A stretch of 64,000 nt of DNA, taken from assembly GCA_965230295.1 (NCBI GenBank), contig OZ246001.1, positions 3,168,001 to 3,232,000 on the forward strand, read 5' to 3'. A program made the translations under genes and the position numbers. Source of the DNA: Marinicella sp. GTDB lineage: Bacteria; Pseudomonadota; Gammaproteobacteria; Xanthomonadales; Marinicellaceae. The notes beneath the pieces were generated by a model. That model did not search any database, was not told the origin of the DNA, and was given only the letters and a program-made list of their open reading frames with translations. This document shows, piece by piece, positions 1 to 10,700 of this stretch (the stretch's first letter is position 1; each line of letters opens with the position of its first letter).

Positions 1-2
1 AT

Positions 3-701
3 TTTAATCTGTTGATGTATGTGTTGGTTTTCATAGTTTGTGCTGGCATCATCTTTCAGCAACATTCAAAACACCTGCGATTACAAGCCATTGAACTGGC
101 CAAAGAACAGATCGAAATGAAAATGCAGGCTTTACAGTCACAACTCAGCCCGCATTTTTTGTTCAATTGTTTGAATGGCATTTCCGGCTTGGTTCGGGTG
201 GCCGATCAAAACCAGGTGATTCAAGCCATAGCTCGATTGGGTGATTTATTGCGCTATGCGGTCAATGTCAGTCAAGAGTTAACCACTCCCTTAGCCAGCG
301 AATTGGATTTCATGGAGAATTATGTGGCATTACAAAAGCTGCGATTGGGAGATCAGTTTGATTATGAGATCAACTGTGATGACTCACTGTTATCAGCAAC
401 ATGTCCACCCTTTATGTTACATACCTTGGTGGAAAATGCCTTCGTGCATGGCATGAGTACTGCTGGTGAACCGTTAAGGATTCGAGTCGACATTCAAGCA
501 AAGGCTGGGCAAATGATTTTTCAGGTCCACAATCACATGAAGCCAGCTGGTCGGCAGCAGGCACCCGTTGGGCTCGGGGTTGCACTAAAAAACCTGAAGA
601 ATCGGCTGACCTTACAATACCAACAAAACTTCAGTATCACACAACATGCGGCATCTGAGTCATACCTGGCAGAAATCAGGATGCCATTGATGGAGGTATG
701 A
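3..701 (+). CDS. LytS/YehU-family sensor histidine kinase (5'-truncated by window edge)
   Basis: LQSQLSPHFLFNCLN H-box, LVENAFVHG N-box and GLGVALKN; the frame is open to the window start. Confidence 0.9.
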   Translation, partial: FNLLMYVLVFIVCAGIIFQQHSKHLRLQAIELAKEQIEMKMQALQSQLSPHFLFNCLNGISGLVRVADQNQVIQAIARLGDLLRYAVNVSQELTTPLASELDFMENYVALQKLRLGDQFDYEINCDDSLLSATCPPFMLHTLVENAFVHGMSTAGEPLRIRVDIQAKAGQMIFQVHNHMKPAGRQQAPVGLGVALKNLKNRLTLQYQQNFSITQHAASESYLAEIRMPLMEV

Positions 702-702
702 G

Positions 703-1452
703 ATGCAACAGATCAAAGCACTGATCGTAGACGATGAAGCATTGGCCCGGGTTAATATACGCGCGGCTTTGCAAGGCTTCAGCAATTGGCTGGTGGTTGG
801 TGAATTACATCATGGAAAAGAGCTAACCCGTGTGTGTGATGTTACCCAACCAGATGTGGTTTTCCTCGACATCCAAATGCCTGGTGATAATGGCATGACA
901 CTGGCTGAAACAATGATGCAAGGTGCGCGACCCCCGTTAATTGTCTTTGTCACCGCTTATGATGCTTTTGCAGTAGATGCCTTTGAATTACAAGCTTTTG
1001 ATTACCTGCTAAAACCCTTCGATGATGAACGGTTTGCCCAAACCATCAAACGGGTTGAAGCGCAGCTGTCCCTGCCAGATTCAGCCTTGAGACATTGGCA
1101 ATTGAGTCAGTTACAAGGTCGTGAAAAGCTTGATCAGTTGGTGATTCGCTCTATAGGGTCGATTAAGATCATCCCCCTTGTAGATGTCATACGCTTTCAG
1201 TCATGTGGCAATTATGTTGAAGTGCATCATAAAGAAGGCATGGACTTGCATCGTGTCTCACTGAATCATTTAGAAACCCGTCTTGATGCTGCGGAATTTG
1301 CACGGGTCCATCGATCCTCGGTGGTTAAACTGAATCAAATCAAAGAGCTAAAAACCATTGATGACCATCATCACCTGATCCTGGCCAATGGTGATGAAGT
1401 TAAAATCTCACCCGCCTATAAGGGTAGGTTGTTCGAGCGCATGGGTATTTAG
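703..1452 (+). CDS. LytTR-family response regulator
   Basis: REC motifs IVDDE, FLDIQMPG, FVTAY, DYLLKPF; LytTR FARVHRSSVV; directly follows the kinase. Confidence 0.95.
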   Translation: MQQIKALIVDDEALARVNIRAALQGFSNWLVVGELHHGKELTRVCDVTQPDVVFLDIQMPGDNGMTLAETMMQGARPPLIVFVTAYDAFAVDAFELQAFDYLLKPFDDERFAQTIKRVEAQLSLPDSALRHWQLSQLQGREKLDQLVIRSIGSIKIIPLVDVIRFQSCGNYVEVHHKEGMDLHRVSLNHLETRLDAAEFARVHRSSVVKLNQIKELKTIDDHHHLILANGDEVKISPAYKGRLFERMGI

Positions 1453-1579
1453 GATGTTTATTATCTGCGGAGCACTGTCCGACAGTTCTCCAATGATGAG
1501 TTGAACTTGGTTTTAGATCAGCGCATAGATTAAATGGCCAAAAAGTAGTAAAAATTGTCAGAATTATTCAGAAGGAATC

Positions 1580-1626
1580 AACGTATCCTGATAAATTTTG
1601 AATCTTGGCCCTCATCAGGATACGTT
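1580..1626. promoter_or_regulatory. Perfect 13-bp inverted repeat with 21-nt spacer, candidate operator or hairpin
   Basis: AACGTATCCTGAT (1580-1592) and ATCAGGATACGTT (1614-1626), about 180 bp upstream of the DUF6502-like gene. Confidence 0.45.
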
Positions 1627-1808
1627 AATTTCCAGTTTATTACCTTTGGTTGGGTCATGATCAATGAACCCTGGTAATAAATCACACACACATTAAATTA
1701 GTTTTCTAACGATTATTCAATAATCTACTAATTCACACACAAGTCTATTGTATATGTACAAAAAATAATATAATATAGTCTGCATAAAAATATGCAGGGT
1801 ATTGACAA

Positions 1809-2567
1809 TTGGATCAAAGTGATGTTCTGAAAAGTTTGAATTTGGCGCTCAAAGCGTTTGCTGAGATGATTTATCAGTTTGATATTCCACAAGCAGAGGT
1901 TTGGAAGCTTGTGCGTTGGCACCTGGCTCACATTGCCAAAAATAACAGCGATGAGGATGAGTCGAAGAAGAACATAGCGGCACGTGCAGGGATCGATCGC
2001 AACAGTTATGCCAAATTCATAAAGGAGCCACCGCCAGAAGGTAAACCTTCAAATTTATCTGCGTTGATCACCATGGCATATGCACAAAGCAAGGATGGCG
2101 AATTGTCTATTAAGGATTTCTTTAAGATTTCAGAAAAGGTGATGAGAACCACCATGTCACCACAGAATGCCCTTGAAGAGTTGATTTCACGGAATGTCAT
2201 TTCATTCAAACCCAACTCATCAACCCATGTCATCGTAAAAAATGAGGGTTTATATGCTTCTGGAATGACAGAGTCATACCTCAATGTCTTTGCATCAACA
2301 CTGAACAAAGTAATCAGAACTTTGTTACACAACAGGGATGCGAAGCAATCTGACCAACTGTTTCAAGCCAACTTCTATTCAACCCAAATGCCTTTGAATG
2401 AACAAAGAGAGTTCAAACAATTCACTAAAGATGAATTTTGGGCATTGCGTGTGCGATTAAGGGAAAAAATTGAAGAACTTGAAAATCCGGATCTGCCTGT
2501 AGGTGCATTTTCTGAGGTCGGCGTTTCCTTACTACAAACCTACTTAGTCAAACACAACAAACACTAA
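1809..2567 (+). CDS. DUF6502-like protein (putative HTH-containing regulator)
   Basis: N-terminal IAARAGIDR HTH-like segment, SPQNALEELI, TLLHN, C-terminal EVGVSL; matches DUF6502 architecture as recalled; TTG start. Confidence 0.65.
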   Translation: MDQSDVLKSLNLALKAFAEMIYQFDIPQAEVWKLVRWHLAHIAKNNSDEDESKKNIAARAGIDRNSYAKFIKEPPPEGKPSNLSALITMAYAQSKDGELSIKDFFKISEKVMRTTMSPQNALEELISRNVISFKPNSSTHVIVKNEGLYASGMTESYLNVFASTLNKVIRTLLHNRDAKQSDQLFQANFYSTQMPLNEQREFKQFTKDEFWALRVRLREKIEELENPDLPVGAFSEVGVSLLQTYLVKHNKH

Positions 2568-2589
2568 CATAAATATTGGAGTCACTATA

Positions 2590-2859
2590 ATGAAAAAAAT
2601 AATAACAATGATCTGTTTCCTGGCATTCTCATCTTTTGCAATCGGTGCTGAAGACGGCACCGGTCAAGGCAAAGCTTCTGGATCAAACAGCAGTGAATCA
2701 TTTGCCTATTGTAATTTCTTGGTTCTCAACGCAGAAGACGGTACAGGGCAAGTTGATGCAGAAGACGGAACCGGCCAAAGTAAAGCAGAAGATGGCACAG
2801 GCCAAGGTAAATACCCTGATCCAAGGGTAGAGCTTTGTAAACAGCTGCTGTTTAAATAA
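2590..2859 (+). CDS. Small secreted protein with four AEDGTGQ repeats and a Cys pair
   Basis: GGAG RBS; Sec signal MKKIITMICFLAFSSFAIG; repeats identical in protein but synonymously diverged in DNA. Confidence 0.85.
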   Translation: MKKIITMICFLAFSSFAIGAEDGTGQGKASGSNSSESFAYCNFLVLNAEDGTGQVDAEDGTGQSKAEDGTGQGKYPDPRVELCKQLLFK

Positions 2860-2868
2860 ACACACACT

Positions 2869-2967
2869 GGAAAACAAGGTCGTTTTCCTCCCCTTCTGGG
2901 GCCACACCAAGGACGGTTAATCATAGGGTAAGTTATTACACACACTACACACCTTACCCTATGATTA
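2869..2967 (+). other. Hairpin cluster after the peptide gene (structured 3' UTR, possible sRNA or terminator)
   Basis: GGAAAAC/GTTTTCC, CCCC/GGGG, and a perfect 15-bp stem TAATCATAGGGTAAG (2918-2932)/CTTACCCTATGATTA (2953-2967) followed by TTTTT. Confidence 0.5.
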
Positions 2968-3069
2968 TTTTTAAACCATCAGTAGATCAAAGAATGTCCT
3001 GACAAGGAACGGGTCAGTGTTGATTTTAGACATCACTTGAATGGCCAAAACAATTTAACTAATCCTAAT

Positions 3070-4374
3070 CAAGGACAGGCATCGCTTGGAAGGTTTAAAG
3101 TCAGTTACTTAAGGTTGATTTGGCTTTAAATTTGATTGTTGAGGTGATGTATTTAGATTGTTTTTGACAGAACTGATGTTGGAATTGTTTTTTCAAAGAT
3201 TTTGATGGCTTTAATCCGAGCTGGACGGTTGCAGACATGCTCTGCTGCTGTGATTTTGATGGTTTAGGGCTATTCCAATGCAGGTGTGAGCGTAATTCCA
3301 ATCGTCCATTGACGCCTAGTTTTAGCTGAGAATTCTTTGAGTTGTGAGGTAGTTCCAACAGCGGAAAATCCGATGGATTTAAAGCCTTTGAGTTCATCTA
3401 ACCAAGTGTCAGGATTGATACCGATTTCATCGATGGCTTTGGCTGTTTTCTTGGAGATGAATCCACGTTTATCATCACGTAAACAACGCGCAGTTTCATC
3501 CACTATACTGATGTAGCTGGATAGATAAAAGGGTAGATCATTATCACCTTTGCCGAAACCTGATAACCATGTGTTTTGGTTATCAATTCGCTCTTTAATT
3601 GAAGTGAAATCAGAGTCTTTTAAATTCCTTGCCATTGCTGCCCTAATAGGATTCAAATCTACGTATGCCATACTGGTCAAAAGGGCACGTTCATCTAGCA
3701 ATGCCTGGCTTTTGAACCTACTTTCCCAGAAGTGACCAGTACACTTGTCTTCTTCATTAGCCATACGTGCAACATACTCATTAATGGCTTTCATGTACCA
3801 TGACACTGACATCAGCCTGACTCGATATTCAGCGACATATTCTTTAACTCGCCTTAGCTCAGCTTCGGTGTAGATTTCACCCTTCAGATACCTGTCACAA
3901 AGGACAGGTAATGAATAAAGTGAGCACCAAGTCATAAGCACTTGAGTGGCGTTCCATTCTATAGTTGAATTGACCTTTAAAACGATGTGAAAGTGGTTGT
4001 TCATGATGGCGTATGAACACACATCAATAGCAAATACAGAAGTGACCTGTTTGATGCGATCAATGAGCCACTGGCGACGGTGTTCAAAAGACTTTCCAGT
4101 GAACTTATCTTTACCACAAAGAAAGGCCCTGCGAACACACCTTGAAACAACGTGATAATAGGGCGTTTGTTCAACACAAATTTGTTGATTCCTGGCTACA
4201 GTCATACAAAGCTCCATATAAAAGGAAAATTTTGGCAATTTGAAGGATGTTTTTCTGTAGCAAACTACTGATGAGCGTGTAAGAATATATTTAAGTGATG
4301 CCTGTCCTTGTTTTGTTTCTTTCTGATGAGCGTGTAAGAATATATTTAAGTGATGCCTGTCCTTGTTTTGTTTC
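3070..4374. mobile_element. RAYT/Y1-transposase element bounded by 18-bp imperfect inverted repeats
   Basis: CAAGGACAGGCATCGCTT (3070-3087) versus AAGTGATGCCTGTCCTTG (4293-4310 and 4348-4365), 17/18 match, enclosing the HUH transposase. Confidence 0.7.
3270..4205 (-). CDS. REP-associated tyrosine (HUH, Y1_Tnp) transposase
   Basis: YYHVVSRCVRRAFLCG, HUH motif MNNHFHIVL, GHFWESRFKS, catalytic YVDLNP; ATG at 4205 preferred over TTG at 4238. Confidence 0.9.
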   Translation of the reverse strand: MTVARNQQICVEQTPYYHVVSRCVRRAFLCGKDKFTGKSFEHRRQWLIDRIKQVTSVFAIDVCSYAIMNNHFHIVLKVNSTIEWNATQVLMTWCSLYSLPVLCDRYLKGEIYTEAELRRVKEYVAEYRVRLMSVSWYMKAINEYVARMANEEDKCTGHFWESRFKSQALLDERALLTSMAYVDLNPIRAAMARNLKDSDFTSIKERIDNQNTWLSGFGKGDNDLPFYLSSYISIVDETARCLRDDKRGFISKKTAKAIDEIGINPDTWLDELKGFKSIGFSAVGTTSQLKEFSAKTRRQWTIGITLTPALE

Positions 4375-4404
4375 CTGTCTTTGTTTTGTTTCTTGTTTTG
4401 TTTC
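4268..4404 (+). repeat. Tandem 52-bp duplication plus shorter partial copies at the transposase end
   Basis: 4268-4319 is identical to 4323-4374, followed by progressively shorter (CCTGTCT)TTGTTTTGTTTC copies. Confidence 0.9.
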
Positions 4405-4792
4405 AGGTGCCAATGGCAACAGAGGCCAGGTCAGGGTCTATTTGGATAATCCGGTCTATTTGGATGGATTCAATGCTTCACCAGGTAAAGACTCTAACTA
4501 AAAGATTTTCTTTTTTTGCCAGATCTTTGAGTCGCCACACAGGTCTAAATGACCACAACTCACCATCGCGAACAGTGACGTTTCATGGCAGTGTATTGAA
4601 CGATGTCATGGATACACGCCAATCATTCCCGGTTCCTCCGGATTTTCATCAGTTTGGTCTGTCAAAACTGGATAATTTTATTGAATATTCAGTGTTTGAA
4701 ATTAAAATGTCCGTTTGAATTTACAGGCACCCTGATTAGGACCTTCAGATTGAAGTTTTAAGGATGCCAGAACCCACTTACTGAACATAAAT

Positions 4793-7700
4793 ATGACCAT
4801 GAAAAAAGCCATTAACATATCTCTAGCCACCATATTCTTATTTTTGTCAACGAATGCATTTGCGCAAGCACCCAGATTCAGTAAAAGTTTTTCTGATGGA
4901 TTGATCAACGTGGGGGAGACCACCACGCTGACTTTCACCATAGATAACTCGAACAGTGTGTTGGATTTAGAAAATGCCATTTTCAGAGATGATTATCCTT
5001 TGGGGCTACAAACAGCTGCTCCATCGAATTTAAGTTTCAACTGTTCAGGTGGCATAGGCAATAACCTGACATACATAGAAACCAATCTCTATGTCAACGC
5101 GGGCGAGGTGTGTACTGTATCTATTGATGTAACCGGCGTCAGTGCCGGTTTACAAGTCAATACCACATCCGAGATGACTTCAAGTCTAGGCAATGCAGGC
5201 CCCGCACAAGCTTCAATTGTGGTTAAAGATGCAGGTTCGCCAGCTTTCACAAAATCCTTTGGTGCAGCTCAGATTGAAGTGGGTGAGGTGACCTTTTTAG
5301 AGTTTTCCATAGACAACACAGCCAATGCAAGTGCAGCCAACAACTTGACCTTTATCGATGTATTACCACCAGGTATACAAGTGGCCACTCCAGATAATCT
5401 GGATTCTTCATGTGGTGGCATCACTGGGGTACTGAGTAACCAAGTGGATTTGAGTGGCACTTCACTGGCGGCAGGCGAGTCGTGCCTGATTTCTTTGGAT
5501 GTCGTTGGTGTGAGTCCAGGTATACAAGAAAACATCACCATTGATCTCACCTCAAGCGCAGGAAACAGTGGTCCTGCCGTGAGTTCAATTGAAGTACTGG
5601 CTACCCCTGTCCCTGTTTTCAATAAGTCATTTGCTGATGCTTCAATCGAAGTCGGTGGTACAACCACACTGACATTTACAATTGATAATACTTCAGTGGT
5701 TACGGACGCAAATGGCATGGCTTTTGATGATGTCTTGCCAGCCGGGATTGAAATTGCAGTCCCCGATAACTTAAGTAACAGCTGTGGTGGGGTGGTCAAC
5801 CTCACACCTGGCCAGTTGTCCTTTTCAGGTGGCAGTGTGACGGCCAATAATTCTTGTCAGATTTCAGTGGATGTCGAAGGCACCAATGCCGGCATCCAAA
5901 ACAACATCACCACCAACCTGACATCCAGTATCGGTGCCAGCAATCCAGCGACAGATCAAATCATTATTCGCGATTCCGGGACACCTGGATTTACCATGTC
6001 CTTTGCGGCCAGTGTGGTGGGTCAAAACACACCTGTTGCATTGACATTCATGATCGACAACAGCGCCATTGGCAGTGATGCGACCAATATGAACTTCAGT
6101 CACACCCTGCCAACTGACATGGCAATTGCTGCGCTACCCAATGTCAGTAACAACTGTACGGGAGGCACGGTTACTGCAATCAGTGGTTCATCTGTAATCA
6201 GTTACAACAGTGGTACTGTTGGTGCCAACCAGTCGTGTGAATTGAGTGTGGATGTGGTGGGTCTGGAGCCAGGGATTTACGTCAACATCACCTCAGATTT
6301 GGTTTCAAGTTTAGGCAACAGTGGACCTGCATTGGCCAACCTGGAAGTGCTGATTGCCCCTGATTTCTCTTTGAACACCCAAACGAACTACATGAGTGTA
6401 GGGGGTGTGACAACAATTACTTATTTGATATCTCATTTAGATGGTGATGCAGATGCGAACAGTTTGAACTTGACCCATTTGCTTCCTGGAGGTCTGGAAT
6501 TGGCAACACCTGCAAACGCAGCACACACTTGCGATGGTGGAGTACTAACTGCTGTTGATGGCAGCAATGTATTGACCTATACAGGTGGTGCGTTGATGCA
6601 GGGAAGTTTATGCAACATCTCTGTAGATATCATGGCCACCAGCTTAGGCGTGCAGAATGGAAGTTCTGATGATTTGACTTCCAATCTTGGTAACAGTGGT
6701 TCAGTGGATCTCAATATTGAGGTCATTGACGCCATCGAGTGGAATGTGGCCGGATCAGCCAGTTGGTTTGATGGTGCTAACTGGATGCCTAACCAAGTAC
6801 CTAACAGTGCACTTAATGTAAAAATCAACAATGGTGGCACTTCGGCTGTTGGTCTGGATGATGACGACATTGCCATGTTGGACTTTGGTGTGGGTGTCGA
6901 TGGCGGATCAGGTTTTCTGACTTTTGCTGATGACACCAGTTCTGAAATTGAGGTCAATGGGGCATTTGACATTGGTGTAACAGCTCAGGGATCTTCCACT
7001 TCGACAGGACGGGTTGAGTTCTTGGGAGACTCTAACAGCTTATTTGATTTCAGGAGTGACCCATCCACCATGCGAATCGGTGTGACCCAAACGGATGGTG
7101 ATGCAGATGGCACCCTGGTATTTTTAGACAGTTTCATTTCCTCATCGCCTCAGTTCGATGCATTGATGGTCGGAGTATCAGATGGCAGCGGCTCGGCAAT
7201 GGGAACCTTGGTGGCTGTGGATGCAAACACATCAAGTATCCAAACTGAAAACAACCCGGTCATGATCGGTGTCGCTAACAGCTCAGGTGATGCCACCGCT
7301 ATTTTCAATGGGACCGAAGTTCAAAACGTCGGTAGTTTTGATGCCGGCGTCAGCCATGGGGCTGGTCATGCCAATGCCACTGTAGACCTAGGGTTCAGTT
7401 TTAAAGGCACCACCAATGGTGGTTTACAAGGCCCGGCCAACATCGGTATCACCAACGACACAGGATCGGCCACGGCTGTGGTTAATCAGCAGTTGGATAT
7501 CTTTGGCACAGTCACAGCCAGCCGCTTTACCGAGTTGAATGTGGGTATCGCCAACGGAACCGGTGCAGCCAATGGCACCTTGCGTAACTCTAATGGCATC
7601 AGCATTCCAGTGATCAATGTGGGACTGAACCCGGGTGGTGGAACCGCTGATGGCTTGATCTATGTGGATCATGGCTTGATCGACACCACCACATTGACCC

Positions 7701-10700
7701 TGGGCGCTGGCAGCGTGTTGCAATTGAACGCCAACAGCACCACCAGAGCGGGTAATGGGTTTTCTGGCACGGTTTATTCAGCCGTAAATGCCAACACAGC
7801 TGTATTGGCTGGTGAACTCATCATTGATGTGAGTTTCTTATTAACGTCACCAGCCACTTTTGAAGTGGTAAACACCAATTCTCCAACAGGCATCACAGGT
7901 GTTTTCTCAACAGTCACAGTAAATAACTTACCTTCAGGTTTCGTGGTCTCTTCAGGGGTCCAACTGGACAATTTGGGTAACCAACAATTCGTGGTCAACA
8001 TCACCGGTACCCCGGTGCTGCCAGAATGGGATAATGTCAATACTGGTGTTGATGCCGGAGATTGGTTTGATGGTGGAAACTGGTCAGGTGGGTTCGTTCC
8101 ATTGGCAGTGGATCCGGCGATAGTAAATAATGGTGGTGAAGCATTGGCAGACAGCCAGACAGCACCTGGCACTGTGAGTCCCAGAGACATCATCATTGGC
8201 CAGGACGGTGGAACAGGTATATTCCGCAGCGAAGGAGTGGATGTGGTCCCCGGATTCAGCTTTTTGATCGCTAAAGTCAGTCCATTGATTTCAGCAGAAC
8301 AAACGGCCACCGGTGATGTGGTGATCAATGACGCCAACATCATTGTGCCTCCAAATGACTCACCGAGCACTTCAGTGTTTGACCCTGGTTCAGTCTTGGC
8401 AGTTGGTTTTGCCCAAGGTGGAGGCACTGCTGATGCCAGTATGGTCGTCAACAATGGCAGCATTCAGGTGGGTGATGATGTGTTGATTGGAGCGGCCTTA
8501 CCCATTGCTGTCGATGCCACCCCGACAGCTGATGCCTCATTCACCTTCAATGGTGCGGGTATCGATGTAAGCACCATTGAGGCAGATTCTGGTAATGGCG
8601 ATGTGCACATTGCTTTTGCTCAAGATTCGAATTCAGGTCCTGGTGCATCGCCGACCGCGATCGCCACTGCGAACATCAACAATGCCACCATCAATGCCGA
8701 TATCAACATCGCAGAAACGGATGCCTTCACTGATGACGCCATCAGCCAAGCCACAGCGAATAATGTGGTTCTAAGTAACCTGTTTGTGACTGGTGATTTG
8801 GACATTGCTGATGTCGGTGCTTTCGATCCCAGGGTGCAGGTCACTGCCACAGCCACTGCGACAATCACGGATGTGACCTTTGGTCCTGACAGCGGTTCAT
8901 TCAGTATTGGTAATGTCAATGCGGGTGATCCAGATGCCATAGGTACATCTATATCCACAAGTACCTGGACCCGAGTATCCATCACCGATTCAGATTCTGA
9001 TTTCGGTGTGGCTGATGTGTCAGCCAACCGAAGCAACACGGTAGCAACGGTCGATGCAGAAGTTACCTTCATTGACTCCATTTTGTCCATTGATGATTTA
9101 AATGTAGGTGATGTGTATGCCCAGGAAAATGGCGTCGGTAACCTCACGGCGACATTGAATCTTGAACAAAACACCACAGTGACTGGCCAGGAGTTGGTAC
9201 TGGGAGAATACTCCATCAATGATACGGCCAGAGCCACTTCGACAGTCAACCTCAATGTGACTGATTCAACCATCAGTCTGGGTGATGAAACTGTGTTGGG
9301 CGAAACCCGCGGTAGCAGCACCAACAGCGCCACTGAAATCATCATTGGTATGACCATGACCAATTCAAGCTTGGTTTCACCTGCTGTAAACATCGCTGAA
9401 AGCCTTTCACCCGCTGGATCACTCAGTGCCACATTGAGCTTGAACTCTGGTTATGTAGATACCGATGCATTGGACCTGGGTACCGATGGGACCATTGTGT
9501 TTGGCTTAAATGGCGCCAACCGGGCCACTTTGGCCAATGTCGGCGATACCAACACCTACTCAGCCATTGATGCAAGCGATGCAACCATTGCAGGAAACAT
9601 CGTTGTGGATTTCATCTCACCACCACCTGGTGGGTTTTTTACCTATGATTTAATTGTTACCGAAAGCGCCACGGCATTGGATGATTTCTCTGCTACCGCT
9701 TCTGTACTGAACCTGCCAGCCAGTGTGAATGTTTCGTTCTTTGGTGTGGCGGAAGACAACGGTGTTGATGTCTTGCGTTTGGTGGTTGCCTCACCCTTGG
9801 CTATTGACGATGCCTTCACTGTTGCGGAAGATTCAGTCAATCAGTCGTTTGATGTTCAGTTAAACGATGACAATTTAGCTATCAATGGCGTCATCATTGA
9901 GGCGGTCTCCACCCCAACTTTTGGTTCTGTCAGTATTGCTGCTGGAAATGATGCTTTGATTTATTCAGCTGGTCCTGATTTTTGTACCATTGATTCCAGC
10001 TTGGACACGTTCACTTACACCATCAGCGGTGGTTCAGTGGCCACTGTTACCGTCAATGTGACTTGTGTCAATGATGCCCCATCATTCAACGTTCTGGGAG
10101 ATGTTGTGGTGAATACTTTTGATGTGTCTAACAACCCGTTGTTGATCAGTGATTTTGCTGAAAACATCACTTTAGGTCCAGCCAATGAATCAGGTCAACA
10201 AATCGAAGGGTTCAACATCACAGTCCAGTCAGACACCAATGGCATCCTCAGTGGTATTTCTCTGGCCAATGATGCCACCCTCAGTGTAAATTTCAGTGGC
10301 AGTTTTGGTACAGCTTTGGTTGACGTGACTTTACAAGATAACGGCGGCACAGCCAACAACGGGTTCGATACATCGGCTGTCCAATCATTCAGCGTCATCC
10401 ACACCGACTTAATCTTTGCCAATGGCTTTGAACAAGCCACTGTCTTCAAAGTGGTGAATTATTTGGTTAAAGTTCAAGAGCAGAGCGTCCTGGGTCAAGG
10501 TCCGGTTTATCTGGATGCCTATGATGCGATTGAATTCAACGGTGAAATATACCGTTTGTATCAAGACCACCATTCTGTCCAGCAAGTCGCTGCTTTGAAC
10601 AGTTGGTTGCATGAGGTCTTGATGTTCACCGAACCGTTTGAAGATTATGACGGTGATGGCACACAGAACTTGTTTGATCCACAACCATTTTCTGCCAACA

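Noticed and set aside
3101-3397. 98-aa ORF as a TnpB or accessory gene
   Set aside because: Low-complexity, overlaps the transposase end and has no RuvC or zinc-finger motifs.
4268-4374. CTGATGAG at the start of both tandem units suggested a hammerhead ribozyme
   Set aside because: No stem II followed by GAAA and no stems I/III could be formed.
4268-4404. Tandem repeat as a CRISPR array
   Set aside because: Only two adjacent copies, no unique spacers and no cas genes.
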